NCBI GenBank assembly: GCA_964610955.1
Contig: CAZSYV010000003.1
Location: forward strand, 902-64,901
DNA length: 64,000 nt
Source of the DNA: an uncultured Klebsiella sp.
GTDB taxonomy: Bacteria > Pseudomonadota > Gammaproteobacteria > Pseudomonadales > UBA5518
Reading direction: 5' to 3'
The position numbers and the translations under genes are program-made. This document shows, one piece after another, positions 54,724 to 64,000 of the stretch (position 1 is the stretch's first letter; each line of letters starts with the position of its first letter). A model generated the notes under the pieces. That model did not search any database. It was not told the origin of the DNA and saw nothing but the letters and a program-made list of their open reading frames with translations.

Positions 54724-56103
54724 TCAGTAGCGGTACTGTTCGTTCTTGAAGGGCCCGTCGATGGGCACGTTGATGTAGCGTGCCTGCTCGGGGGTGAGGC
54801 GGGTGATGACTGCACCGAAACCGCTGACCATGTGGCGTGCCACTTCCTCATCGAGCTGCTTCGGCAGGACCTCGATGGTGAGTGCCGCGGATTTCGCCTC
54901 TGCCGGCAGTTCGGCGAAGCGGCGCTCGAACAGGTGGATCTGTGCCAGCACCTGGTTGGCGAAGGATCCATCCATCACCCGTGAGGGGTGCCCGGTCGCG
55001 TTGCCCAGGTTCACCAGCCGTCCTTCGGACAGCAGGATCAGGTAGTCGTTGCTCGAGCGGTCACGGTAGATCTGGTGCACCTGTGGCTTGACCTCCTCCC
55101 ACTCCCATTCGCTGCGCATGAAGGCAGTGTCGATCTCGTGGTCGAAGTGGCCGATGTTGCAGACCACCGCGCCGCACTTCAGCGCGGCCAGCATGTGGCG
55201 ATCGCAGACGTCGCGGTTGCCGGTGGCGGTGACGACCAGGTCGATCTGGCCGAGCAGCAGACGATCGATGCAGCCTGCGCTGCCATCATTGGCGCCGCCG
55301 ATGTATGGCGATACCACCTCGTAGCCGTCCATGCACGCCTGCATGGCACAGATCGGGTCGATCTCGCTGACGCGCACGATCATGCCTTCCTGGCGCAGGG
55401 ACTGTGCAGAGCCCTTGCCCACGTCACCGTAGCCGATGACCAGCGCCCTCTTGCCCGAGAGCAGGTGGTCGGTGCCACGCTTGATCGCGTCGTTGAGGCT
55501 GTGGCGACAGCCGTACTTGTTGTCGTTCTTCGACTTGGTCACCGAGTCGTTCACGTTGATCGCCGGCACCTTCAGCGTGCCCTGGCGGAGCATCTCGTGC
55601 AGGCGCAGTACACCGGTGGTCGTTTCCTCGGTGATGCCGTGCACTGCATCGAGCAGCTGTGGATAGCGCTGGTGCAGGATGCCCGTCAGATCACCACCGT
55701 CGTCGAGTACCATGTTGACCGGCCACGGCCTGCCATCCTTGAGGATCGTCTGCTCGATGCACCACTCGTACTCCTCCTCGGTCTCGCCCTTCCAGGCGTA
55801 GACCGCGATGCCGCGTGCGGCGATCGCTGCCGCCGCGTGATCCTGCGTTGAAAAGATGTTGCACGAGGACCAGCGGACCTCGGCACCGAGCTCGACCAGC
55901 GTCTCGATCAGCACGGCGGTCTGGATGGTCATGTGCAGGCAGCCCAGGATGCGCGCCCCGGCAAGCGGGCGCTCGCTGCGGTAGCGCGCACGGATCGCCA
56001 TCAGTGCCGGCATTTCGGATTCGGCAATGGCGATTTCGCGCCGTCCCCATGCGGCGAGCGTGATGTCGGCAACCCGATGGTCGGTGGCGGTCGTTGTGTT
56101 CAT
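54724..56103 (-). CDS. ahcY: adenosylhomocysteinase
   Basis: [40 protein letters not shown] and [10 protein letters not shown] are canonical AhcY motifs. Confidence 0.95.
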   Translation of the reverse strand: MNTTTATDHRVADITLAAWGRREIAIAESEMPALMAIRARYRSERPLAGARILGCLHMTIQTAVLIETLVELGAEVRWSSCNIFSTQDHAAAAIAARGIAVYAWKGETEEEYEWCIEQTILKDGRPWPVNMVLDDGGDLTGILHQRYPQLLDAVHGITEETTTGVLRLHEMLRQGTLKVPAINVNDSVTKSKNDNKYGCRHSLNDAIKRGTDHLLSGKRALVIGYGDVGKGSAQSLRQEGMIVRVSEIDPICAMQACMDGYEVVSPYIGGANDGSAGCIDRLLLGQIDLVVTATGNRDVCDRHMLAALKCGAVVCNIGHFDHEIDTAFMRSEWEWEEVKPQVHQIYRDRSSNDYLILLSEGRLVNLGNATGHPSRVMDGSFANQVLAQIHLFERRFAELPAEAKSAALTIEVLPKQLDEEVARHMVSGFGAVITRLTPEQARYINVPIDGPFKNEQYRY

Positions 56104-56136
56104 CTGCTGGTTCCCCGGAAGTGTCTGTGGTCTGGT

Positions 56137-57294
56137 TCAGAGCGCCTGCGCAAGCTGTGCTGCCCGGTCGGTGCGCTCCCATGTGAAGCTGCCTTCCTCC
56201 TCGCGTCCGAAGTGCCCGTAGGCGGCTGTCGCGCGGTAGATCGGCCGCTTCAGATCGAGCATCTCGATGATGCCGCGCGGGCGCAGGTCGAAATTGTCGC
56301 GAATCAGCTCGACGATCTTCGCATCCGCCAGCTTGCCGGTACCGAAGGTGTTGATCGAGATCGAGGTCGGCTCGGCGACGCCGATGGCGTAGGAGACCTG
56401 GATCTCGCAGCGGTCGGCAAGACCCGCGGCGACGACGTTCTTCGCCACATAGCGCCCGGCGTAGGAGGCCGATCGGTCGACCTTGGACGGATCCTTGCCG
56501 GAGAACGCACCGCCGCCGTGGCGTGCCATGCCGCCATAGCTGTCGACGATGATCTTGCGCCCGGTCAGACCGCAGTCGCCAAGCGGCCCGCCAATGACGA
56601 ACTGCCCGGTCGGGTTCACATGGTACTGGGTTCCGGCATGCAGCCACTCGGCTGGCAGCACCGGGCGGATGATCTCCTCGATCACGGCTTCACGCAGGTC
56701 CGCGTGGGCGATCCCCGGCGCGTGCTGGGTGGAGAGAACGACGGCGTCGACCGCAACCGGCTGGCCGTTGTCGTAGCGGATCGTGACCTGGCTCTTCGCA
56801 TCGGGGCGCAGCCAGGACAGGACACCGTGCTTGCGCAGGTACGCCTGGCGGCGCATCAACCGGTGCGCGTAGGTGATCGGTGCGGGCATCAGCACATCGG
56901 TCTCGTTCGATGCGTAGCCGAACATCAGCCCCTGATCGCCTGCGCCCTGCTCCTTGGTTTCGTTCGCATCGACGCCGATGGCGATATCGCGCGACTGCTT
57001 CCCGATGGCGTTGAGCACCGCACACAGATTGCCGTCGAAACCGACCTCGGAACTGTCGTAGCCGATGTCGAGGATCACCTGACGGATCAATGGTTCGAGG
57101 TCGATGCAGGAACTGGTCGTGACCTCACCGGCAACGATCGCCATGCCGGTCTTGACCAGCGTCTCGACCGCGACCCGGGCCTGCGGGTCGTGTTCGAGAA
57201 TCGCATCGAGGATCGCATCCGAGATCTGATCGGCAATCTTGTCGGGATGACCCTCGGAAACGGATTCCGAGGTGAAAATCGCGTATTCGCTCAT
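56137..57294 (-). CDS. metK: S-adenosylmethionine synthetase
   Basis: [33 protein letters not shown] and [16 protein letters not shown] are canonical MetK motifs. Confidence 0.95.
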   Translation of the reverse strand: MSEYAIFTSESVSEGHPDKIADQISDAILDAILEHDPQARVAVETLVKTGMAIVAGEVTTSSCIDLEPLIRQVILDIGYDSSEVGFDGNLCAVLNAIGKQSRDIAIGVDANETKEQGAGDQGLMFGYASNETDVLMPAPITYAHRLMRRQAYLRKHGVLSWLRPDAKSQVTIRYDNGQPVAVDAVVLSTQHAPGIAHADLREAVIEEIIRPVLPAEWLHAGTQYHVNPTGQFVIGGPLGDCGLTGRKIIVDSYGGMARHGGGAFSGKDPSKVDRSASYAGRYVAKNVVAAGLADRCEIQVSYAIGVAEPTSISINTFGTGKLADAKIVELIRDNFDLRPRGIIEMLDLKRPIYRATAAYGHFGREEEGSFTWERTDRAAQLAQAL

Positions 57295-57312
57295 GGTCGT
57301 ATCCTTGCTTGG

Positions 57313-58299
57313 TCAACCTGGTCGATGAAAAACCCGCACCTGGATGCGGAAACCATTGCGCAGTGCGAGAAACACGCTCTCCCCTTCGTCGAGCCCTGCT
57401 GCGCTGCCCCAGAGCGACAGCACCTTGGGGGAAAAGCCGAGCCACAGATCGCCACAGGCCTCACGCACCCAGCCCTGCGAGTGGCTGCACAAATCACTTG
57501 CCAACAGCAATCCGCCCGGACGCAGTGCCACTGCAAGGTCGCTGAGCACGGCGGCAGGTGAGGCCGTGTGGTGCAGCACCATATTCGCCACGGCCACGTC
57601 CACGGTGCCGGCCAGCGTGCGCGCCTGTGTGCTGTCGCCGTGCAGCAGCTCGACGTTCGCGAGCCCGACGCTCGCACAGCGTTGACGTGCCTGCTCGAGC
57701 ATTTCCGCCGAACTGTCGATCGCGACCACCTTGCGGCAGCGATGTGCCAGCTCTGGCAGCAGCCAGCCGTCGCCGGGACCCAGTTCGAGCGCCACCTCGC
57801 AGGGTTGTGGCAGCAGCGTGGAAAGCAGGCCGTTGACCGTGGCAGCGTACTGGGAACACGGGGTGATCAGTTCCTGTTGTGCCTGGAACTTGTGTGCATT
57901 GGCGGCGAAGAACTCACGTGAGCTGCGTGCGCGGGCCTCGCGTACCGCAGCGATCCCGTGCCGCGTGGCCTCGCTTGGCCCCACGCGGTCGGTTGCCGCG
58001 AAAATGCCCTGCATCGGTATATCGAGCTCCTCGCTTGCTGCGCGATGGCTGCGCCCGTAGTAGATCGAGGTGCCTTCGCGGCGCCGCTGCACCAGCCCGG
58101 CATCGGCCAGTACCTTCAGGTGGTGGCTCATCGTCGACTGACGTGTATCGAATATCTGGCAGAGCTCCAGTACTCCGTAGGCGTCTCGCGCCAGCACGCT
58201 CAGGATCTCGACGCGCAGCGGATCGCCGGCTGCGCGACACAGTCGGCTGAGCTCCTCGTGGCTGGAGAGCGGTTGGATCGAAGTTGCGCCAAGTGCCAT
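57313..58299 (-). CDS. sahR: ArsR-type wHTH fused to a SAM-methyltransferase-like domain (SahR-type regulator)
   Basis: The N-terminal ArsR HTH is [27 protein letters not shown]. The C-terminal class-I methyltransferase fold shows [19 protein letters not shown] and VANMVLHH. It lies 18 nt upstream of metK on the same strand. Start at ATG 58299. Confidence 0.7.
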   Translation of the reverse strand: MALGATSIQPLSSHEELSRLCRAAGDPLRVEILSVLARDAYGVLELCQIFDTRQSTMSHHLKVLADAGLVQRRREGTSIYYGRSHRAASEELDIPMQGIFAATDRVGPSEATRHGIAAVREARARSSREFFAANAHKFQAQQELITPCSQYAATVNGLLSTLLPQPCEVALELGPGDGWLLPELAHRCRKVVAIDSSAEMLEQARQRCASVGLANVELLHGDSTQARTLAGTVDVAVANMVLHHTASPAAVLSDLAVALRPGGLLLASDLCSHSQGWVREACGDLWLGFSPKVLSLWGSAAGLDEGESVFLALRNGFRIQVRVFHRPG

Positions 58300-58331
58300 G
58301 GGCCAGCAGTCTAGCAGGATTTTGTCTTTAT

Positions 58332-58347
58332 ATCGAAAATATTCGAT
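58332..58347. promoter_or_regulatory. palindrome ATCGAA-AATA-TTCGAT, candidate SahR operator
   Basis: The 6-bp arms are perfect. It sits in the only AT-rich patch of the sahR/tkt divergent region and abuts a minus-strand TATAAA (58327..58332), about 27 nt before the sahR ATG. Confidence 0.45.
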
Positions 58348-58463
58348 GGATTCTTTCCTGCTCGAATTGCCAAAGCACTGCTGCGAAGGTTTCGCCGGCG
58401 GGCACGCTGGGGGACAATGCAGCCCGATTCGTTCTTCCAACCATTTGCCAGAGGAGTCTCCCC

Positions 58464-60476
58464 ATGCCTACACGCTTTGAGCTGGCCAACGCGATCCGCG
58501 CCCTCAGCATGGATGCCGTACAGAAGGCAGCAAGCGGTCACCCTGGCGCCCCGATGGGCATGGCCGAGATGGCCGAGGTGCTGTGGAACGATTTCATGGT
58601 CCACAACCCGGCGAACCCACACTGGCCCAATCGTGACCGCTTCGTCCTGTCGAATGGTCATGCCTCGATGCTGCTCTATGCGACGCTGCACCTGAGCGGT
58701 TACGACCTGCCGATCGCGCAGCTGCAGGCTTTCCGTCAGTTCCACTCGCAGACGCCGGGCCATCCCGAATACCGGGACACTCCGGGGGTCGAAACCACGA
58801 CGGGGCCGCTTGGTCAGGGTCTGGGCAACGCGGTCGGTATGGCACTGGCCGAGAAAATGCTCGCCGCGCGTTACAACCGTTCTGGGCACGCGGTGGTCGA
58901 CCATTACACCTATGCCTTCTGCGGTGATGGCTGCCTCATGGAAGGCATTTCGCACGAGGTCTGCTCGCTCGCCGGGACGCTCGGCCTCGGCAAGCTCATC
59001 GTGCTCTATGACGACAACGGGATTTCGATCGACGGCGAGGTCAAGGGCTGGTTCACGGATGATACCGCCGGGCGTTTCGCGGCCTACGGCTGGCAGGTGA
59101 TCGGTCCGGTGGACGGCCATGACCCGCAGGCGATCCATGGAGCGATCGTGGCTGCACGCACGGAGACGTCACGTCCGAGCCTGATCCTGTGCCGGACCGT
59201 GATCGGCAAAGGTGCTCCGAACAAGCAGGGAACCGAGCATGTGCACGGCAGCCCGCTCGGTGCGACTGAAGTCGAGGCAGCACGTGCGGCACTCGGTTGG
59301 CACTACCCACCGTTCCAGATCCCGGCCGAGATCTATGCGGCGTGGGATGCCCGCGCGCGTGGCGCTGCAGCCGAGCTGGCGTGGCAGGAGCGGATGCAGG
59401 CCTATCGTGCGGCGTATCCCGTGGAGGCGGCCGAGCTCGAGCGGCGCATGCGTGCCGAGCTGCCGGAGGGCGTGGCACATGCTGCGGCGGAACATGTGCG
59501 TGAGTGTCAACGTGCCGGTGAGACGATTGCCTCGCGCAAGGCCTCGCAGAACACCATCCAGGCGCTTGCGCCGTTGCTGCCGGAACTCGTTGGCGGCTCG
59601 GCGGACCTTGCCGGTTCGAACCTGACGCTGTGGAAGGAGGCGCAGAGCGTGACGCGCGCCGATGCAGGCGGCAATTACATCCACTACGGCGTGCGTGAAT
59701 TCGGCATGGGTACGGTCCTGAGCGGGCTGGCGCTGCATGGCGGGATTCGCCCGTTTGGCGGTACCTTCCTGGTGTTCATGGACTATATGCGCAACGCCGT
59801 GCGACTTGCGTCGCTGATGCGTCTGCCCGTCGTCTACGTCTACACGCACGATTCGATTGGCCTGGGTGAGGATGGCCCCACGCACCAGCCGGTCGAGCAG
59901 CTGGCGAATCTGCGCAGCACGCCGCACCTGTCCACCTGGCGCCCGGCCGATGCCGTCGAGACTGCGGTCGCCTGGCAGCAGGCGATCCTGCGCGTCGACG
60001 GTCCGACGGCATTGGTGTTGTCGCGTCAGAACCTGCAGCATCAGGCGCGCAGCGACGCACAGCTGCAGGCGATCGCACGCGGTGCTTATGTCCTCGTCGA
60101 CAGTGAGGGTGTGCCCGAAGTGATCCTGATCGCCACCGGATCGGAAGTGGAGCTGGCCGTGGCGGCCGCACGCAAGCTGAGTGCGGTGGGGAGGCACGTA
60201 CGGGTGGTGTCGATGCCGAGCACGGATCATTTCGATGCCCAGGATGTGGCGTACCGCGAATCGGTGCTGCCGTCGGCAGTGCGCGCGCGAGTGGCAATCG
60301 AGGCAGCGCACGCCGACTGGTGGTACAAGTACGTCGGTCTGGACGGGCGTGTGATCGGCATGCACGACTTCGGTGCCTCGGCACCGGCCGGTGAGCTGAT
60401 GAAACACTACGGATTCACCGAAGAACATGTGATCGAAGTGGTTGGCGAACTGCTGTCCGGTCGATGCGGCGCATGA
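58464..60476 (+). CDS. tkt: transketolase
   Basis: [20 protein letters not shown] and [16 protein letters not shown] are present. GAGGAG precedes ATG 58464. Confidence 0.95.
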   Translation: MPTRFELANAIRALSMDAVQKAASGHPGAPMGMAEMAEVLWNDFMVHNPANPHWPNRDRFVLSNGHASMLLYATLHLSGYDLPIAQLQAFRQFHSQTPGHPEYRDTPGVETTTGPLGQGLGNAVGMALAEKMLAARYNRSGHAVVDHYTYAFCGDGCLMEGISHEVCSLAGTLGLGKLIVLYDDNGISIDGEVKGWFTDDTAGRFAAYGWQVIGPVDGHDPQAIHGAIVAARTETSRPSLILCRTVIGKGAPNKQGTEHVHGSPLGATEVEAARAALGWHYPPFQIPAEIYAAWDARARGAAAELAWQERMQAYRAAYPVEAAELERRMRAELPEGVAHAAAEHVRECQRAGETIASRKASQNTIQALAPLLPELVGGSADLAGSNLTLWKEAQSVTRADAGGNYIHYGVREFGMGTVLSGLALHGGIRPFGGTFLVFMDYMRNAVRLASLMRLPVVYVYTHDSIGLGEDGPTHQPVEQLANLRSTPHLSTWRPADAVETAVAWQQAILRVDGPTALVLSRQNLQHQARSDAQLQAIARGAYVLVDSEGVPEVILIATGSEVELAVAAARKLSAVGRHVRVVSMPSTDHFDAQDVAYRESVLPSAVRARVAIEAAHADWWYKYVGLDGRVIGMHDFGASAPAGELMKHYGFTEEHVIEVVGELLSGRCGA

Positions 60477-60531
60477 GCGTACGGATCAGCTGCAGGGCAG
60501 GGCCGCGATCGGCACTCGGCACGGCTACGGC

Positions 60532-61566
60532 ATGAGCGTGCGCGCCGCAATCAACGGCTACGGCCGTATCGGGCGCTGCCTGCTGCGCGCGGTGCACGAG
60601 CGTCGCCTTGCGGGCCAGCTCGATATCGTCGCGATCAACGAGCTCGCGAACCTCGAAACGATGGCCTATCTCACGCGCTACGATTCGACGCACGGGCGCT
60701 TCCCGGGTTGTGTCGAGTGCAGCGTCGAGAGCGGCGTGCTCAGCATCGACGGCCGCGCGATTGCCGTGAGCTCGCGCGATTCACTGACCGAGCTCGACTG
60801 GGCGCTGCACGACATCGATCTGGTGTTCGAGTGCAGTGGAGCCTTCGGCTCGCGAGCCGACGCGCTGCGCCATCTCGCACGTGGCGCGCGACGTGTGCTG
60901 TTTTCACAGCCCGGTGATGCGGATCTCGACGCCACCATCGTCTTTGGCGTGAACCAGCATCTGCTCGATGGCAACGAGCGCGTGATCTCGGCGGCATCGT
61001 GCAGCACCAACTGCATCGTGCCGGTCATCGACACACTTGCGCGCACCTTTGGCGTGGAGTGCGGTGTGATCACCACGATCCATTCGGCAATGAACGATCA
61101 GCCGGTGCTCGATGCCTATCATCACACCGACCTGCGCAAGACGCGTGCTGCACTGCAGTCGATCATCCCGGTGGATACCGGGCTCGGAGTGGGTATCGGG
61201 CGCATCCTGCCGGCGCTCGCCGGGCGTTTCGAGGCACAGGCGATGCGCGTTCCCACGCTCGATGTCTCGGCGATCGACCTCTCGATGGTGATCGGTCGCC
61301 GGATCGAGGTGCATGATGTGAATGCGCTGCTCAAGGATGCTGCCGCCGGATCGCTGGCGGGGATTCTCGGCTACACCGAGGAGCCGCTTGCCTCGTGTGA
61401 CTTCATCCATGACCCGCGATCCGGCATCGTCGACGCCTCGCAGACCCGCGTCAGCGGGGGGCGGCTGATCAAGCTGCTGATCTGGTTCGACAACGAATGG
61501 GCCTACGCCAACCGGATGCTCGATGTCGCGCTATATTGGATGCAGAAGGCCCGGGCCGGGTCGTGA
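60532..61566 (+). CDS. epd: erythrose-4-phosphate dehydrogenase (GAPDH family)
   Basis: [36 protein letters not shown] and [14 protein letters not shown] are collinear with E. coli Epd rather than GapA. The tkt-epd-pgk order fits. Confidence 0.82.
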   Translation: MSVRAAINGYGRIGRCLLRAVHERRLAGQLDIVAINELANLETMAYLTRYDSTHGRFPGCVECSVESGVLSIDGRAIAVSSRDSLTELDWALHDIDLVFECSGAFGSRADALRHLARGARRVLFSQPGDADLDATIVFGVNQHLLDGNERVISAASCSTNCIVPVIDTLARTFGVECGVITTIHSAMNDQPVLDAYHHTDLRKTRAALQSIIPVDTGLGVGIGRILPALAGRFEAQAMRVPTLDVSAIDLSMVIGRRIEVHDVNALLKDAAAGSLAGILGYTEEPLASCDFIHDPRSGIVDASQTRVSGGRLIKLLIWFDNEWAYANRMLDVALYWMQKARAGS

Positions 61567-61591
61567 GGCGTGCAAGGGGAGAGCAGGGAGC

Positions 61592-62764
61592 GTGGCTGTG
61601 AAACTGATGGCTGATCTGGATCTGCGTGGCAGACGGGTGCTGATTCGCGAGGATCTCAACGTGCCGGTGAAGGACGGGCGCATCACCAGTGATGCGCGCA
61701 TTCTTGCTGCGTTGCCGACGATTCGTCAGGCGCTGGACGGGGGGGCGCGCGTGCTTGTGATGTCACATCTCGGGCGACCCAGGGCAGGTGCGGGCGACGA
61801 AGAAAATGCCCAGTTCAGCCTGGCGCCAGTCGCTGCGCGCCTTGGTGAGCTGCTTGGATGCACGGTGCCTTTGCTGCCCGACTGGCTCGACGGCGTCGAG
61901 ATCGAACCGGGTGCACTCGCGCTGGCCGAGAATGTGCGCTTCGTGCCGGGAGAGAAGCAGGATGATGAGGCGCTGGCGCGGCGAATGGCGGCACTGTGCG
62001 ATATCTACGTGATGGATGCATTTGCAACCGCTCACCGGGCCGAGGCCTCGACGCACGGGGTGGCACGGTTTGCACCGGTTGCCTGCGCAGGCCCACTGCT
62101 TGCGGCCGAGCTTGCCGCCCTCGGCAAGGCATTGCACTCGCCGGCCCGCCCGCTGGTGGCGATCGTCGGTGGCTCCAAGGTCTCGACCAAGCTCACCGTG
62201 CTCGATTCGCTGGCAGCAAAGGTCGACTGCCTGATCCCGGGAGGCGGGATCGCCAACACCTTCCTCGCTGCAGCCGGTCTGCCGGTCGGAAGATCGCTCG
62301 TCGAGACCGATCTGATCGACGAGGCGAAGCGGTTGATGGAAACGATCACCGTACCGCTTCCCGAGGACGTGGTCGTTGCCACTGAGTTGTCCGAGGATGC
62401 GACGGCAACCGTGAAGCGTGTCGCGGAAATTGCACCCGACGAGATGATTCTCGATATCGGACCGCGTACGGCCGAGCGGTTTGCGACGCTGCTCACGGAT
62501 GCGGGGACGATCCTGTGGAATGGTCCACTGGGTGTATTCGAGATCGAACAGTTCGCGCACGGCACTCGCGTGATCGCCGAGGCGGTGGCCGCAAGCACGG
62601 CTTTCTCGCTCGCGGGTGGCGGCGACACGCTGGCAGCGCTGGAGAAGTTTGCCGTGAGGGAGCGGATATCGTACGTGTCGACCGGTGGTGGTGCATTCCT
62701 CGAGTATGTGGAGGGCAAGAAACTGCCGGCGGTTGCCGCTCTGGAAAGCCGTGCCGTCGGCTGA
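61592..62764 (+). CDS. pgk: phosphoglycerate kinase
   Basis: [32 protein letters not shown] and GGGDT are present. GTG 61592 gives (M)[10 protein letters not shown], which aligns with P. aeruginosa MTVLKMTDLDL, and GGGGAGAG lies upstream. ATG 61607 is the alternative start. Confidence 0.92.
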   Translation: MAVKLMADLDLRGRRVLIREDLNVPVKDGRITSDARILAALPTIRQALDGGARVLVMSHLGRPRAGAGDEENAQFSLAPVAARLGELLGCTVPLLPDWLDGVEIEPGALALAENVRFVPGEKQDDEALARRMAALCDIYVMDAFATAHRAEASTHGVARFAPVACAGPLLAAELAALGKALHSPARPLVAIVGGSKVSTKLTVLDSLAAKVDCLIPGGGIANTFLAAAGLPVGRSLVETDLIDEAKRLMETITVPLPEDVVVATELSEDATATVKRVAEIAPDEMILDIGPRTAERFATLLTDAGTILWNGPLGVFEIEQFAHGTRVIAEAVAASTAFSLAGGGDTLAALEKFAVRERISYVSTGGGAFLEYVEGKKLPAVAALESRAVG

Positions 62765-62780
62765 TCCCGGGCATACGGCA

Positions 62781-63863
62781 ATGGAGAGCGTCATGAGGAC
62801 GATCGACGGTGTCGTGCTGACGCCGCAGAGCCTGCAGCACTTCCATCCACTGGAACTGATTGCAGAAAGGCATTTCGAGCGCCTGCTCGAAGGCGCTGCG
62901 GTGATGCGAGTCGACAAGGGGCGATTCGTGTTCCGCAGGCAGCCGCAGCCAGGTATCACATATTTCGTTCTCGAGGGCGCAGTCGAGGTACGGGAGTCCT
63001 TCGAGAATCGCACTCTGGTCGATGCCGGCAGCCGTCAGGCACGCTTTCCGCTCGAGGAACTGTATCGCAGCGGTGCGTCCGCCCGTGCGCAGACCGACGC
63101 CAGCGTGCTCACGCTGCGCCGTGATGTGATTGACCGCCTGATGGCCAGTACCGACGAGGCAAGCCTCGACGCCATGCTGCTGGTGGATGCCATCGACGAA
63201 CCCGTCGAGGAAGCGCGTTTCGACGATGGATACTCGGAGGACTGGATGGCGCGTCTGCTGGACTCGCCGCTGATGTCGCACCTTTCAGCGACCAATATCC
63301 AGCGTTGCTTCATCGAACTCGAGCGCGTGGCGCTGCCGGGGGGTGCCGACGTGGTGTGTGCCGGAACCCCGGGGGATTACTTTTATATCCTGCTCGAGGG
63401 CGAGGCGCAGGTGCTCACCGACGAGGCAGGTCCCTTTGCCGGTCAGTGCTTTGAGCTGATTCCCGGTGACTACTTTGGTGAGGAGGCGTTGGTCGCCGAC
63501 ACGATCCGCAACGCAACCGTGCGCATGGCGAGCGATGGCGTGGTCGGTCGGCTCGATCGGGCGCAGTTCGAAGCGATCTTCAAGTCCTCACTGGTGCAGA
63601 CCATCGATCTGACCAAGGCGAGACGCTTTCTTGCCAGTGCTGGAATTGGTTTCGAGGTGATCGACGTGCGTTTCCCGACGGAATACCGTCATGGCCATGT
63701 CGAGGGCAGCAGCAATGTGCCGGTCGTTGCTCTGCGCAAGCGCCTGCGCGAACTCGATCGCAACCGCACCTGGCTCGTCACCCCCGAGGGGGGGCGACGC
63801 AGTGAGCTTGCCGTGTATCTGTTGCGCCAGGCGGGATTGAACGCCTACCTGCTGACCGCCTGA
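62781..63863 (+). CDS. protein with two cNMP-binding-like domains and a C-terminal rhodanese-like domain lacking the catalytic Cys
   Basis: The second domain has GDYFYILLEGEA...GDYFGEEALVADTIRNATVRMA, a CAP-type phosphate-binding cassette. The first domain is degenerate. The C-terminus reads VIDVRFPTEYRHGHVEGSSNVP...WLVTPEGGRRS, with Pro (ccc, 63783..63785) where the rhodanese Cys would be. Confidence 0.7.
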   Translation: MESVMRTIDGVVLTPQSLQHFHPLELIAERHFERLLEGAAVMRVDKGRFVFRRQPQPGITYFVLEGAVEVRESFENRTLVDAGSRQARFPLEELYRSGASARAQTDASVLTLRRDVIDRLMASTDEASLDAMLLVDAIDEPVEEARFDDGYSEDWMARLLDSPLMSHLSATNIQRCFIELERVALPGGADVVCAGTPGDYFYILLEGEAQVLTDEAGPFAGQCFELIPGDYFGEEALVADTIRNATVRMASDGVVGRLDRAQFEAIFKSSLVQTIDLTKARRFLASAGIGFEVIDVRFPTEYRHGHVEGSSNVPVVALRKRLRELDRNRTWLVTPEGGRRSELAVYLLRQAGLNAYLLTA

Positions 63864-64000
63864 ACTGGCGTTGCTGACAGCGCCCTTCGGGTGGCGCATG
63901 CGGGCTGCTGTCCCGAGTTAGAATCGCGTCCGTCGTCCCAGGCCCGCATCGAGTGGATCTGCAGAACGCGGCCCCGCAGGCTTGTCATCGTCGAGGAGCT

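Noticed and set aside
55933-57561. A 542-aa plus-strand ORF. The same reasoning covers the other long shadow ORFs: 7234..8724(-), 10206..11315(+), 13868..15256(+), 24041..25339(+), 41458..42795(+), 45189..46502(-), 48162..49415(-), 51126..52547(-), 59169..60428(-) and 61763..63013(-).
   Set aside because: Each lies antisense to a gene with textbook motifs (metK, the rubredoxin reductase, recG, spoT, coaBC, algH/tonB, pilJ, chpA, tkt, pgk). None shows a family signature. All have the skewed Arg/Ala/Pro/Gly composition expected of non-coding frames in high-GC DNA.
63788-63794. A G7 homopolymer preceded by C5 inside the rhodanese-like loop, considered as a possible phase-variation tract. A similar G7 lies at 45295..45301 in pilJ.
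   Set aside because: A run of 7 nt is short for slipped-strand switching. Such runs are expected in GC-rich coding DNA (Gly-Gly codons), and the reading frame is intact through it.
63880-63897. A GCGCC-N8-GGCGC hairpin after the last CDS, considered as a terminator.
   Set aside because: The stem is only 5 bp and there is no downstream T-run, so I do not call it.

Overview
This is a GC-rich, very densely packed chromosomal segment that looks gammaproteobacterial. I call about 63 intact CDS, many joined by 0-20 nt gaps or by 4-nt ATGA/GTGA/TTGA overlaps. By eye I found no rRNA, tRNA, CRISPR array, IS or transposase, integrase or prophage remnant.

Almost everything is conserved housekeeping. 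The gene order reads like several Pseudomonas-type core blocks joined end to end:
- uup, uvrD
- rubredoxin/reductase, sadB, recG, ridA, spoT, rpoZ, gmk, yicC, rph, crc, pyrE
- slmA, argB, algC, coaBC, radC, rpmB, rpmG, mutM
- coaD, rsmD, ftsY, rpoH, trmB
- hemW, rdgB, metW, metX, yggU, yggT, proC, yggS
- pilT, pilU, then ruvX, algH, tonB, gshB
- pilG, pilH, pilI, pilJ, chpA, chpC
- rsmE, metF, ahcY, metK, sahR
- tkt, epd, pgk

I do not see an accessory island or a convincing new multi-gene system such as a defence or toxin locus, and I would rather say so than invent one. The leads worth a second look, in order:
1. AlgC is fused to a ~360-aa N-terminal module with two transmembrane segments, an architecture typical of a sensor.
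2. The activated-methyl cycle is consolidated into one tight sahR-metK-ahcY-metF-rsmE string. A perfect palindrome in the only AT-rich intergenic patch may be its operator.
3. A protein downstream of pgk has two cNMP-binding domains plus a rhodanese domain that lacks the catalytic Cys.
4. A BepA-like M48/TPR protein has lost both His residues of HExxH.
5. An identical 10-mer sits at nearly the same distance upstream of both pilT and pilG.
6. Smaller items: a rubredoxin-reductase fusion, a Crc-like protein with an altered N-terminal motif, a sigma-E-type promoter and hairpin at rpoH, a possible leaderless uvrD, and the local absence of dut, ftsEX and pilK/chpB.

All family assignments come from reading the translations and from remembered family motifs. 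No searches were run.
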